Shown in pieces: positions 44,335 to 54,655 of a DNA stretch of 64,000 nt. Below the pieces are notes generated by a model that saw only the letters and a program-made list of their open reading frames with translations, did not search any database and was not told the origin of the DNA. The translations under genes were made by a program, and so were the position numbers. The stretch spans positions 2,610 to 66,609 of the forward strand of contig JBJKQR010000001.1 in NCBI GenBank assembly GCA_046735395.1. The letters are read 5' to 3'. Numbering within the stretch: position 1 is the stretch's first letter; each line of letters starts with the position of its first letter. This stretch comes from Fidelibacterota bacterium (GTDB taxonomy: Bacteria > Fidelibacterota > Fidelibacteria > Fidelibacterales > DSDE01).

Positions 44335-46560
44335 ATGCACAACCGATCAGAGAAATTCCGTTTTCAATTCATTCATCCACTCAGAGCTGCAATATTGTTT
44401 CTGGGTTTATTCATGTGCTTTACGCTGCCCCTGTCAGCTCAGAATACACTGAGGGCCGTAGTGCGCGACCGCCTGTCCATGCTGCCGCTGCCGGGAGCCG
44501 ATGTGTATATTGATTCACTTTCTGTGGGAGCCGTCAGTGATATAAACGGCCTGGCGCTGATCCCGAATATTCCCGATGGCCTATCATCTGTTAAATTTTC
44601 CTATATGGGTTACCGCACATTGGAACTGAAAATGTCCTTCAACGCAGAGTCGTCCCGGTCAGATACGACAGTGCTGCTTGAGCCGGAAATCCTGGAAAAT
44701 GCCAGCGTGATTGTGACGTCCACTCGAAGCAATGGGGTGGTTTCGGATATCCCGGTTCATGTGGAGGTACTGGGCCTGGAGGAAGTGAGGGAGGAGTCGG
44801 GTATCAAACCGGGGAATGTGTCCAAGCTGCTCGGTGAAACCTCCGGCGTGCAGGTGCATCAGACCTCGCTGGCCTCCGGAAGTATGGGATTCAGTATTCA
44901 GGGACTTCCGGACCGCTATGCCCGCTTTCTCAAGGATGGTTTTCCTGTCAATGGGGGGCTGTCCTCCGGCTTGTCTCTCCTTCAGGTTCCGCCCCTTGAC
45001 CTGCTGCAGGTGGAAGTGATTCGCGGCGCCACATCCGTGCTCTATGGCGGAGACGCCATTTCCGGAATTGTGAATCTCATTTCACGCCGTCCCTCGGATC
45101 AGCCTGAATGGAACGTACTGCTGAACGGCACACAGGAGGAGGGACGGGACTTCAGTACCTGGTTCTCCGGCCGAAAAAACAAACTGGGTATGACCCTGCT
45201 GGCCACCGGAAGCACACAGAAAGCGGTGGACAGTGACAAGGACGGCTTCAGCGATGTCCCCCGCTTCAGTCAGTATACGGTGAATCCCGTTCTGTTTTAT
45301 GATTTCAATTCTCTGTCGTCACTGCGCTTCTCTCTGTCCGCCAGCAATGATAAGCGCCGTGGCGGAGACATGACGGCAATGCAGAATGGACCGGATTCCC
45401 TCCATCCTTTTCTGGAAACAAACCACGTGGCCCGGCTGGCTTCCCAGGCCGAATATCACCTGACTCTGGACAGCGGTTCATCCCTTTCCCTCAGAAACAG
45501 TTTTTCAGCTTATAAACGCGATTATCATAGTATGAATATGGCCTACTCAGGCACTCAGGTTCTGAATTACAGCGACCTGTACCGCCAGTTCAGCCCCGGA
45601 GACCACGACCTGATTTTGGGAGCGGATCTCAGCTCCGATGCCTTTTCCGGAGATGCCGGCAATTCCCCCGATGCGGGGCCGGCAGATTATTTTCAGCGGA
45701 AAATCGGTGCCTATGTGCAGGATACCTGGTCGCTCAAATCCTGGCTGGTACCTCAGATCGGCCTGAGAGTGGACCGGAACGCCGAATTCGGAACCTTTGT
45801 GTTACCGCGTATTTCTATGCTTCTGAAGCAGAGCAGTCAACTGCAGGCCCGGATCGGTTACGGCAGCGGATACAGCCTGCCGACGCCTTTCAGCGTTAGT
45901 GCGGGAGATGAGGGTAACCGGAGCTTAATAGCAATTCCGGACGGCCTGAAAGCCGAACGGTCGCAGGGACTGAATCTTGATGTGTCCTGGAAAATCACCA
46001 GCGGCGAATTCGGCTTCTCACTGGATCAGGCATTCTTCTACACAAATATTTCAGACGGACTTGTTCCGGAACAGGTATCAGGGGATATCTATACTATCGT
46101 AAACAGTCGGGATCAGCTGATCAACCGGGGGCTTGATACAAATCTGAAACTGTCACTTGATGAACTCGTGCTCTTCGCGGATTACAGTCGCATTGATATC
46201 CGTAATCAGAAAGGGGAGAAGGAATATACCGGTTCACCCGTTCCGGAGGATAAACTGAATCTCACGCTGACTTATGAGGAGGAAGGAAAATGGAGTACCG
46301 GTATCGAAGCCTTCTACACCGGGAAACAGCGTCTGGATGACCTGACGGTGACACAGGAATACTGGACTCTCGGTGTGATGATCCGGAAAGATTTCGGGCC
46401 TTTTATTCTCACCGGGAACGTGGAAAATCTGACGGATGTGAAACAGTCTGATTTCGGGCCACTTATGACCGGCTCGGTGACAGAGCCTGAATTCGCCGCA
46501 ATTTATGCTCCCACGGACGGACGCGTGGCCAATATTGCCCTCGAAATCAAACTGCGGTAA
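44335..46560 (+). CDS. TonB-dependent receptor with an N-terminal carboxypeptidase-regulatory-like domain
   Basis: CarboxypepD_reg-like block (LRAVVRDRLSMLPLPGADVYI...VKFSYMGYRTLELKM). Plug with VEVIRGATSVLYGGDAISGIVNLISR, followed by a long beta-barrel. Confidence 0.88.
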   Translation: MHNRSEKFRFQFIHPLRAAILFLGLFMCFTLPLSAQNTLRAVVRDRLSMLPLPGADVYIDSLSVGAVSDINGLALIPNIPDGLSSVKFSYMGYRTLELKMSFNAESSRSDTTVLLEPEILENASVIVTSTRSNGVVSDIPVHVEVLGLEEVREESGIKPGNVSKLLGETSGVQVHQTSLASGSMGFSIQGLPDRYARFLKDGFPVNGGLSSGLSLLQVPPLDLLQVEVIRGATSVLYGGDAISGIVNLISRRPSDQPEWNVLLNGTQEEGRDFSTWFSGRKNKLGMTLLATGSTQKAVDSDKDGFSDVPRFSQYTVNPVLFYDFNSLSSLRFSLSASNDKRRGGDMTAMQNGPDSLHPFLETNHVARLASQAEYHLTLDSGSSLSLRNSFSAYKRDYHSMNMAYSGTQVLNYSDLYRQFSPGDHDLILGADLSSDAFSGDAGNSPDAGPADYFQRKIGAYVQDTWSLKSWLVPQIGLRVDRNAEFGTFVLPRISMLLKQSSQLQARIGYGSGYSLPTPFSVSAGDEGNRSLIAIPDGLKAERSQGLNLDVSWKITSGEFGFSLDQAFFYTNISDGLVPEQVSGDIYTIVNSRDQLINRGLDTNLKLSLDELVLFADYSRIDIRNQKGEKEYTGSPVPEDKLNLTLTYEEEGKWSTGIEAFYTGKQRLDDLTVTQEYWTLGVMIRKDFGPFILTGNVENLTDVKQSDFGPLMTGSVTEPEFAAIYAPTDGRVANIALEIKLR

Positions 46561-46621
46561 TAATTATCAGCGATCGTATAAAAAATATATATCTGAATCA
46601 AACCACGAAAGGATGTGAATA

Positions 46622-47515
46622 ATGTCTGTTACAAAATCTCTCCTGGCAATCAGTTTGTTTCTTGGACTGCAGAGTACGGGTACTGCGGCTGAATCGCCGG
46701 CTGAAACCTATTTTCTGCTTCGCTGTGATGACATGGGAATGTGTCATTCTCTGAATATGGCTCTCGAAAAGGTGATGGACAGCGGTATTCCCGTGTCCAC
46801 ATCGGTCATGTTTGCCTGTCCCTGGTATCAGGAGGCGGTGGATATCCTGAAACAGCATCCGGATGTGGCGGTGGGGATTCATCTGACCCTCAATGCGGAA
46901 TGGAAAAATTATCGCTGGGGACCGGTTGCCGGTGCGGAAGCGGTTCCGACTCTCGTTGACAGCTGCGGATATTTCTATCCGTCCCGTTCGGCGCTTTTTG
47001 CCGGCAATCCCGATATCCATGAAATTGAAAAGGAACTGCGTGCCCAGATAAACCGGGCCATGCAGTCGGGCATAAAAATAGATTACCTCGATTATCACAT
47101 GGGCGCGGCTGTGGAAACGCCCGAGCTGCGTTCTCTCGTCGAATCCCTGGCCCGCGAATATCATCTGGGCATGTCGGGATATTTCGGTGAAATCTATTCC
47201 AACTGCACCTATTCCGCGCCGCTGGGAAGCAAAACCGACACGCTGCTCGCTCACCTGCGCCGTATCCAGCCCGGAGTAAATCTTCAGGTGGTTCACACCG
47301 GCCTCATGACAGCGGAAATGAATGCCCTGAAGGATATGAATAAATTCGGCCTGCCGGACATGAGCCGGAACCGGCAGGAGGAACTGAAGGCCATTACATC
47401 GAAAAAGGTCCGGAAACTCCTGAAAAAACGGGGAATTCGTGCCATTACCTATCGGGATCTGATTGAGATGCGGGGGCTTGAGTCCATGCACCGCGATGCC
47501 GATTCAAATTATTAA
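46622..47515 (+). CDS. ChbG/HpnK (YdjC-like) carbohydrate deacetylase family protein
   Basis: Signal peptide. LLRCDDMGMCHSLNMA, VGIHLTLNAEW and DYLDYHMG follow the YdjC-family pattern. Confidence 0.75.
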   Translation: MSVTKSLLAISLFLGLQSTGTAAESPAETYFLLRCDDMGMCHSLNMALEKVMDSGIPVSTSVMFACPWYQEAVDILKQHPDVAVGIHLTLNAEWKNYRWGPVAGAEAVPTLVDSCGYFYPSRSALFAGNPDIHEIEKELRAQINRAMQSGIKIDYLDYHMGAAVETPELRSLVESLAREYHLGMSGYFGEIYSNCTYSAPLGSKTDTLLAHLRRIQPGVNLQVVHTGLMTAEMNALKDMNKFGLPDMSRNRQEELKAITSKKVRKLLKKRGIRAITYRDLIEMRGLESMHRDADSNY

Positions 47516-47724
47516 TGAAAATAAAAGGAGTATGGTCGCTGCTGATGCAGGCCGGTTTACCCTGTTGGGAGCTCGATAGACAGGCTGAAAACCATGAGCA
47601 GTGATACCAAATGATAAAGTGATATAAGCTCGGGAACAAGGATCTGTCTTCCGTCAGACGGAATGCGGAACGACCTGATTTCTCATATCACCGACAAATC
47701 CGAAACACACACGAGGGAGGTTAC

Positions 47725-48513
47725 TTGAAAAGTACGAAGTTATGTATTGTTGTTATGATTTTGCTGGGATTATCCGGAAGCCTGTCGGCCGTGGAGCGGA
47801 CCACGACACTGAGATTCTGGCAATATCAGTCTGTCAGCAAATCCCTGACAAAATCTGTCGGACTGTGGGCCATGATCGGCAGCCGGCATGAAGTGATAAA
47901 ACGGGTGAATTCGGAAAAATCCGATATCAACCCCTACTATATGACCGAATTGTTTTTCGGGCCGACCTTCCGGAAGCAGCTGGGGAAACACCTGCTGTAC
48001 ATGCCCATGGCCTATTACTACATTGATTATCCCATGACGGATAATCCTCAGAATGTGAAAAAAGTCATTACTCATAATATCAATCCCATTTTCCTTCTCA
48101 TCAGTCCCCTCGGCAAGGGAATGAGCATGCAGAACCGGCTTGTCTTCTTCGGAACCTTCTATACGGATTTTTATTCGAAGTTTGCCGGGTATCCGGAAAA
48201 GGATAATTTCGGTTTCAGTCTGATGGCGACCTATAAGTTTCAGCTTACTTTGCCGGGTAACGGAAAAATCAAACCCATTTTTGCCAATGAAACCTTCTGG
48301 GGCGTGATGGGTGACGATCATGTGAAACCGGCGATTGCCGGAATCGGGTTTACAGACAAAGGCTATCTGTGGAGCCGCACCTATGCCGGTATTTCCTGGA
48401 AAATCAATCCGCGGGTGATTGCCGAACCTCAGATCATCATGGATAATGACAATCACAAATCGCCCCATACCGCGCATCTGTATTTTCATGTCACAATGCG
48501 CTATTATCTATAA
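47725..48513 (+). CDS. Secreted hypothetical protein, probably outer-membrane associated (DUF2490-like?)
   Basis: TTG start 4 nt after GGGAGG. Signal peptide LLGLSGSLSAV. Aromatic-rich, strand-like composition. The family guess is weak. Confidence 0.55.
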   Translation: MKSTKLCIVVMILLGLSGSLSAVERTTTLRFWQYQSVSKSLTKSVGLWAMIGSRHEVIKRVNSEKSDINPYYMTELFFGPTFRKQLGKHLLYMPMAYYYIDYPMTDNPQNVKKVITHNINPIFLLISPLGKGMSMQNRLVFFGTFYTDFYSKFAGYPEKDNFGFSLMATYKFQLTLPGNGKIKPIFANETFWGVMGDDHVKPAIAGIGFTDKGYLWSRTYAGISWKINPRVIAEPQIIMDNDNHKSPHTAHLYFHVTMRYYL

Positions 48514-48702
48514 AATCCGGAACAGGATTCCGTCACTCTGAGTGGGCTTCCCATCCGGGAAGCTCATTCAGATACGGTATGGACGCATACGGAATGAAGC
48601 GTGGTTCGGTGATAATCCGAATATACAGAATCTTCGTTCGGGCGAATCGCCGGAATCAGGGACAATCAGAGTCCGGTTTACGAAATTCGATTATTTTTTA
48701 CT

Positions 48703-51700
48703 TTATTTGAGAAGGGTCAGCCGACGGATTTCGGATCGGTCACCCTGACGAAGTTCAAACATGTACAATCCGCTGGCAACGGGCCTGTTGAGCTGGTCAC
48801 AGCCATTCCAGTTCAGTGCATATTCGCCGGATTCGGGAGTGTTGAGCTGTCCCGTCCTGACTCTCTGGCCGAGCAGGCTGTATATGGAATAGTCTACGCT
48901 TTGTCCTGATCCGGTATTGAAATGGATTTCAATATTCGAATTGAAGGGATTGGGATAACAGGCGGTGATGGCGAATTTTTCCGGAAGGGCCGGGCTGTCC
49001 ATGCCGCTCAGATCCGATTCGAACCAGGTGAGAATGCTGCTCATCAGTGTCCCGCGTACGGATTCATTCTGAATGCTTTCGAAGGGAAAGCCGAGGTAGA
49101 CCAGCCGTCCGGGTTGAGTTCCGCCCGGAAAAGTGCCCTCAAAGGTCACGCCGGCGGTACCGTTGCTTTCGGTATAACCGCTGTATACACAGAGGCTTTT
49201 CGCGCCGTTCTGGGGTGTGAGTACATCGGGCCACTGGACGTTTATGCCACGGACGCTTCCGTTCGAATATGTCAATGATGACGGAAAGCTGAAAACAGGG
49301 TTTGCAGCTGCGCCTGCGCTGTAGCAGGAGGCCTGTACGTTACCGGGTGCGTCATATTTGTAGGCTGCTTTCAGATAATTGTGAATAAAATCCTTATCCT
49401 GCTGATTATCGCCCTTGTAATCCAGATCCCAGGCGATTTCCGAACCGGATACAAGCAGACAGCCACCCTGTTTGAGGTAATTGGCGTATAAAGTCTGTTC
49501 GGCTGATGAGAAGGTCTGATCGGCTGTGCTCTCATCTCCCAGAAAGAGCAGGACTTCGTCGTAATCATTCAGGCTGAAAAGCCCCTGAAGCAGCGCTTCG
49601 TTGGAACAGGCGTCGAAGGCCCTGTCCAGAGTCGCGGACGCGTATTCACGAATGAAATCATAGCTGTTGCCGGCAGATCCTCTGTCAAATCCGTCCACTA
49701 CGAGAATGGACGCTGATGAACCGGTACTTCTGCAGGCACTCACATGCGAAGCAGGCGATGCGGCAATCGCATTGGTGAGCCTGTATTTGCAGTACAGAAG
49801 TCCGTTTGCGTCAGCAGAAAAAGCGGCCGGAAGGGCTGTAATTCGTTCAGACGGATCGAAATTCACGCCGTCGGAACTGAGCTCCACATCGGCAGATAAA
49901 CCCGAACTCAGGGGCAGGGCTGTGAGAAGAATTTCTCCGTTGTCATTCTGTCTCATGCCATACCCGGAGGGTGCAGAAGGTGCACTGACGCCGTTGTAGT
50001 TATAGGCAGCCTGAGACATGGGGCCGCTTTCATTGGAGATGATCGTATAATTCTGGGAATTGGTGGCTGTATTCTTTACCGTATTTTCACCTATATCAAT
50101 GAGCAGGGTTCCGGACAGCAGCCGGATGCCGTGGCTGTAGTCCACATAGGATCCGATATGAATATTTGTCACTGGCTGAATGGCTATGCCCGTCAGATAA
50201 TGCCAGCCATAAATGACAACATGGCCCGGACGGGTCGGATCCGTGATTCTATTGGAAATAACCACATCCTTTTTCAGGCCGCTGGCCAGCATTCCCAGAT
50301 CGTAGCCTCCTGCAACCCGCGCCGAATCAATATCGTGATTGTGCCGGACGAACTGAGCAACTTTTTCATTATTGCTGCCGACCGGAGCATAGAAGATCGG
50401 GTCCAGTTTCATTTCGGCTTTCTGCCAGATCAGGTCTACTAATTTCGGAGTCGGCAGACTCATACCGAAACGGTCAGCCAGCAGCTGCGCGCTTTCCGGG
50501 CCCATGGGCATGCGGCAGTAATCGTCATCCGATCCGATGGTCAGATAATCCGGCAGCACCCAGAAGGCGAAATTGTGAGAGCCCCCGGAGGCATCCTGTC
50601 CTTCCGAACTCACATACTTGATTTTTCTCAGAAAATTCGGGATGTTGCCCTGGGAAATTTCCCGGACGATGATGGGCTCGCGATCCTCGAAACTGAGATT
50701 CTCAATTTCGCTGATGATCTGGCTGGCGCCGGCCATGTCCGGGCTTCGCGGAGGAATTCCGGGCAGAGAGGGAGCCGCGACAGCGCTTTCGATATAGTCG
50801 CTGTAGGCCCGGCCCAGGTAATAGACATAATCCTGATCATGATAATCCGTACCCCAGAGCATGGATTCGATAAAGCCGTTCCGCTCCACCTGCACGGTAT
50901 GCAGGATGATGCGATCGGGATTTTTTTTCAGATACACACAGATCTGGCCGTTATCTGCAAAATGCGTGAAAAAACTGTCATTTTCACTGCTGGTGAAGCT
51001 GAAGCTTTCAGCCAGATCCCGCTGCATCCATTTGCTGCGGTACCAGGTTCCGCCGGTGGCAGAGACGATGGGGGCACCGTTGTAGAGCGCGATGCTGTCG
51101 TTATAGGCCATGACGGTCAGAAAATGCTCCGGTGAGGCCTGCAGCCAGGTTGTGAGCTGAGTGCCGTAATGGGTATCATAGCCGTAATCACTGTCGAGAA
51201 AGGAAATGCGCTTCAGATAGTCCGGCAGAACCGGATAGGCATCCATCCAGGAAAAGATGAAGCGGCCGCCACCGCTGTGCGAACTCAGTGTCAGCACCGG
51301 ATCATAGTCCCGGAATAATGACATCAGATAATCACTGAGCTGTTTGAGGATCTCGGTATAATCACTGTGGGCACCGGTCCAGGTCGGCCAGCTCTTCTGT
51401 GCCGCTTCCAGGTAAACCAGTACCTGATTCCGGTCCGTATCATGCCGGCGGATAAAACGCATCTGGGCGCCGATATGCTGGATGTCATAATGCCAGTCAT
51501 CTCCGCTTTCCAGAATTTTGCCTTCCGTCTGTTCGATCGTATTGCCGTTCGGCAGGGCAAAGAGGATGAGCTCAACCGGCTTATTCGGATCAAAATCCGC
51601 AGCCGGTCCCATATTGATGCGGATCCTGATATCCTGGCCATACTGGAAGGTTACAGCCTGTTCGTTGAAATAAGGTGAAGGGTAGAGGCCCGGATAACAG

Positions 51701-51783
51701 TCCGCGACCTGAGCATTTCCGGTTGTGAATGGGAATAATATTAGCGATAGAAGCGTCAGGACATTCATGAAATTGCGTCTCAT
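48703..51783 (-). CDS. Large secreted hypothetical protein with T9SS C-terminal sorting domain
   Basis: Signal peptide. The N-terminal region has an esterase-like elbow (LTLSSHSGGG). C-terminus CYPNPFNSNIEIHF...GLYMFEL...IRRLTLLK. Confidence 0.8.
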   Translation of the reverse strand: MRRNFMNVLTLLSLILFPFTTGNAQVADCYPGLYPSPYFNEQAVTFQYGQDIRIRINMGPAADFDPNKPVELILFALPNGNTIEQTEGKILESGDDWHYDIQHIGAQMRFIRRHDTDRNQVLVYLEAAQKSWPTWTGAHSDYTEILKQLSDYLMSLFRDYDPVLTLSSHSGGGRFIFSWMDAYPVLPDYLKRISFLDSDYGYDTHYGTQLTTWLQASPEHFLTVMAYNDSIALYNGAPIVSATGGTWYRSKWMQRDLAESFSFTSSENDSFFTHFADNGQICVYLKKNPDRIILHTVQVERNGFIESMLWGTDYHDQDYVYYLGRAYSDYIESAVAAPSLPGIPPRSPDMAGASQIISEIENLSFEDREPIIVREISQGNIPNFLRKIKYVSSEGQDASGGSHNFAFWVLPDYLTIGSDDDYCRMPMGPESAQLLADRFGMSLPTPKLVDLIWQKAEMKLDPIFYAPVGSNNEKVAQFVRHNHDIDSARVAGGYDLGMLASGLKKDVVISNRITDPTRPGHVVIYGWHYLTGIAIQPVTNIHIGSYVDYSHGIRLLSGTLLIDIGENTVKNTATNSQNYTIISNESGPMSQAAYNYNGVSAPSAPSGYGMRQNDNGEILLTALPLSSGLSADVELSSDGVNFDPSERITALPAAFSADANGLLYCKYRLTNAIAASPASHVSACRSTGSSASILVVDGFDRGSAGNSYDFIREYASATLDRAFDACSNEALLQGLFSLNDYDEVLLFLGDESTADQTFSSAEQTLYANYLKQGGCLLVSGSEIAWDLDYKGDNQQDKDFIHNYLKAAYKYDAPGNVQASCYSAGAAANPVFSFPSSLTYSNGSVRGINVQWPDVLTPQNGAKSLCVYSGYTESNGTAGVTFEGTFPGGTQPGRLVYLGFPFESIQNESVRGTLMSSILTWFESDLSGMDSPALPEKFAITACYPNPFNSNIEIHFNTGSGQSVDYSIYSLLGQRVRTGQLNTPESGEYALNWNGCDQLNRPVASGLYMFELRQGDRSEIRRLTLLK

Positions 51784-51886
51784 ACAGAGTTACTCCTTGT
51801 CTTTTTATGAGGATAGGTTTTTGCTTAGCATAAATCAGTCGTGATGGGAAATGACAGCCTTTTCAATAATTGGAAATAAGGATGAT

Positions 51887-52438
51887 TCACGGTTCAATCT
51901 TTTGTTGAAGAATACCGCGCAGTTCGTTTTCGTCACCGTCGTGATAGCCGGTGTGTGAATATTTTATGACGCCGTCCGCGCCGATGACATACAGGGACGG
52001 GAGGGAAGCCTGGTTGGATTCGTCTGCCACACCATATTTTTTTGCTGTCACACCGAAATGGTCCAGAAGGACCGGCAGATCAAAAGCCATGCTGTCCAGA
52101 AAAGACCGGACCAGCTGCCTGTCTTCACTCACATTCACCAGATAAAACATGATATCCGGAAATTCCTTCTGCAATTCGATCAATTTGGGAATTTCTCCGC
52201 GGCAGGGGATACACCAGGTGGCAAAGAAACTGATTACCAGCGCGTCGGGAGCCTTGTCTCCCGCTTTTTCTCCTACTGTCTTTGAAAGAAAAAAGGAATT
52301 ATTGTCCATATCACGGAGGTAGAATCCCGGGGCGGCCGTGCCCGGATTCAACAGGTTCGCGGCCAGAGCATGAATTGCAGCAAAAACGGCCAATAGTGCA
52401 ATTACAGCCCATTTTACATATTTATTTCCAGACTTCAA
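51887..52438 (-). CDS. TlpA-family thiol:disulfide oxidoreductase (redoxin)
   Basis: Signal anchor and the active site FFATWCIPCRGEIPKL. Confidence 0.88.
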   Translation of the reverse strand: MKSGNKYVKWAVIALLAVFAAIHALAANLLNPGTAAPGFYLRDMDNNSFFLSKTVGEKAGDKAPDALVISFFATWCIPCRGEIPKLIELQKEFPDIMFYLVNVSEDRQLVRSFLDSMAFDLPVLLDHFGVTAKKYGVADESNQASLPSLYVIGADGVIKYSHTGYHDGDENELRGILQQKIEP

Positions 52439-52489
52439 GGATTTGCCTTCTTCCCAGATTTACCTATTCTGTTTAGACTTAATATTTAT

Positions 52490-53896
52490 TCAATTATTCC
52501 AGTTCCGGCTGCTGCGGAATTTCCGGTCCGCATTGATGGCGGCGATTTTGTAACATTCGGCAAGGGTGGGATAATTAAAGACCGAGTTCAGGAAATAATC
52601 CAGGCCACCTTCAAAAAACATGACGGCCTGGGCGATATGGATCAGTTCCGTTGCTTCGCTGCCCAGGATGTGGACGCCCAGCAATTTTCGGCTTTCCTGA
52701 TGAAAGAGCATTTTCATGTATCCCGTCCGGTCTTCGATGATTTCTCCCTTGGCGATCTCGCGATAATAGGCCACACCTGTCACATAGGGTGTCTTTTGCG
52801 CGCTGAGCTCCTCTTCGTTCAGCCCGACGTAGGCAATTTCCGGAATGCTGTAGATCCCGAAGGGAAAATTCCCGAACTGGCTTTCCATCTTTCCGGTACA
52901 GGCATGCTGAGCAGCCCGGCGCCCCTGCTCGAGGGAGGTGGATGCCAGGGAGGGGAAGCCGATCACGTCCCCCACGGCATAAATATGCTCCAGCTCCGTC
53001 CGGAAATTTTCATCAACCGTAAATAGTCCTCTCTCGCTGACGTTCAGCCCCGCCTTTTCAGGGAGAAGGCTGTGCCCGCTTCCGCTGCGTCCGGATGCCA
53101 CCAGCATGAGGTCTGCCGAGAGCCGCTTCCCGGATTGAAGAATGACGCGTGGCTTTCCCTGGTCATCAAAGGTGATCTGATCGATTTCTTCCTGAAGCTG
53201 AAGACGAACCTTGTTTTCACGTAAATGATAACTGAGTTTGTCGGTAATTTCGCGGTCAATGAAGCCGAAAAGCTGTGAAGAACGGCTGATAACCGTCACC
53301 TCCACATCCAGAATACTGAAGATGGATGCATACTCGATCCCGATGACCCCTGCACCCAGAATGATCAGATGTTTGGGCAGGGTACTCAGGCTCATGATCT
53401 GATCCGAATCAATGAGAGTCGTATCATTGAAGGGAAGTTCAGCGGGACGGTAGGCATTGGTTCCAGTTGCGAGGATGAATTTTTCACCGCGAATAATGAC
53501 GGTTTCTGAAAAGCCCTCAATCTCAATATGGTGGTCATCTATGAAGCGAGCCTGCCCGTGCAGAACATCAATGTGATAACGATGGAAATGCTCCTGAATG
53601 ACATTCAGTTCGGATGTGATCACGTGGTTGGTGCGGTAGCGTAAATCCTCGATAGTGATACTGTCCTTCACCCGGTAATTTCGGCCGTAAAGGGATTTCA
53701 GAGTATTTCCTGAAAAATACAAGGCAGCTTCCCGAAGTGTCTTACTCGGGATGGTGCCGGTATGCAGGCAGACTCCGCCCACCACTTCCCGGCGTTCGAT
53801 GACCGCAACACTGCGGCCGTATTTGGATGCTTCGATGGCAGCTTTCTGCCCGGCGGGCCCGCTGCCGATGACAACGATATCGTATTCTTCCTTCAT
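52490..53896 (-). CDS. sthA: Soluble pyridine nucleotide transhydrogenase (Si-specific NAD(P)+ transhydrogenase)
   Basis: YDIVVIGSGPAGQKAA and GGVCLHTGTIPSK (Thr replaces the second redox Cys, as in SthA GGGCTHWGTIPSK). C-terminus FNYPTLAECYKIAA, compared with E. coli FNYPTMAEAYRVAA. The start is moved to MKEEYD at 53896. Confidence 0.85.
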   Translation of the reverse strand: MKEEYDIVVIGSGPAGQKAAIEASKYGRSVAVIERREVVGGVCLHTGTIPSKTLREAALYFSGNTLKSLYGRNYRVKDSITIEDLRYRTNHVITSELNVIQEHFHRYHIDVLHGQARFIDDHHIEIEGFSETVIIRGEKFILATGTNAYRPAELPFNDTTLIDSDQIMSLSTLPKHLIILGAGVIGIEYASIFSILDVEVTVISRSSQLFGFIDREITDKLSYHLRENKVRLQLQEEIDQITFDDQGKPRVILQSGKRLSADLMLVASGRSGSGHSLLPEKAGLNVSERGLFTVDENFRTELEHIYAVGDVIGFPSLASTSLEQGRRAAQHACTGKMESQFGNFPFGIYSIPEIAYVGLNEEELSAQKTPYVTGVAYYREIAKGEIIEDRTGYMKMLFHQESRKLLGVHILGSEATELIHIAQAVMFFEGGLDYFLNSVFNYPTLAECYKIAAINADRKFRSSRNWNN

Positions 53897-54079
53897 GCCG
53901 TTTTCCGTATCTGTTCGAATCAATATACTGCTTTTGAACCCAGCATGGCAATCATGGATTTTCCGCATATGCTGAAAGGGAATTCCGTCTTACAGCTTCC
54001 GTATCCTATCCTTCAGCAGCCTTATCCCGGAATGAAAAATAAATAATTAATTATTTAGGGAACTATTCAGTCTCTTTTT

Positions 54080-54088
54080 TGCTATAAT
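54080..54088 (+). promoter_or_regulatory. Candidate extended -10 promoter element (TGcTATAAT)
   Basis: tgctataat lies about 20 nt upstream of the ATG at 54109. I see no clear -35 element. The lineage's sigma-70 consensus is unknown to me. Confidence 0.3.
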
Positions 54089-54108
54089 ACGAAAAAAGTG
54101 GAGTTCAT

Positions 54109-54378
54109 ATGTATGGATTTAATTCGCTTGGGAAGGACGTGATTCAAAAGCCGGCCAGAGTTCTGATGATTTTCATGTTTTCTTTTCTTGTCCTGTCCTG
54201 TTCAAATAACACCGGGCCCTATAACCCGCCTTCCAGCCATACGGTAAATAAGAACGGGATTCTGCACAGGCCCGGCCTCACTGATCCGCTGACTAACTGT
54301 GTATCCTGTCATGGCAGTGACCTGAAGGGGGGCAATGTCGGCGTATCCTGCACCGAATGCCACGGGAAAAAATGGTGA
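54109..54378 (+). CDS. Small dihaem c-type cytochrome lipoprotein
   Basis: Lipobox LVLSCS. Two CxxCH haem-attachment motifs (CVSCH, CTECH) in an 89-aa product. Confidence 0.75.
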   Translation: MYGFNSLGKDVIQKPARVLMIFMFSFLVLSCSNNTGPYNPPSSHTVNKNGILHRPGLTDPLTNCVSCHGSDLKGGNVGVSCTECHGKKW

Positions 54379-54427
54379 TGTCTGCCGGCCATATTTGAAT
54401 AGGATAAGATCTATTATCCATAAGGAC

Positions 54428-54464
54428 AAACCTGTTCCTGCTTTTCGTGTGGAACAGGTTTTTT
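54428..54464 (+). terminator. Rho-independent terminator
   Basis: aaacctgttcc - 12-nt loop - ggaacaggttt, followed by a T-run. Confidence 0.7.
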
Positions 54465-54655
54465 CACAATTGCATTTTTATGAAAATTATCAGGCTCCGA
54501 AATGGCTGCCGGGCCGCTTTGCATCGTGGGTGAACTGACCTGTTCTTTATGAAAAACGGAGCTTATTTTCCTTTTCTAATTCTTGCTTTTAAAAAACAAA
54601 TTGTGTAGCTTCACCGCGATTATGCAAAGAGCTTATCGGAAATACAGGAGATAGA

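Noticed and set aside
46598-47491. Very long antisense ORFs mirroring real genes: 46598..47491 (297 aa), 47770..48489, 7635..8354, 16425..17288, 43112..43780, 58280..59056 and 62937..63677.
   Set aside because: In each case the opposite strand has clear family motifs (YdjC-like, kinase, T9SS cargo, amidase, MCP, purM/gpsA). The antisense products are His/Arg/Gly/Pro-rich with no motifs. They are typical shadow ORFs.
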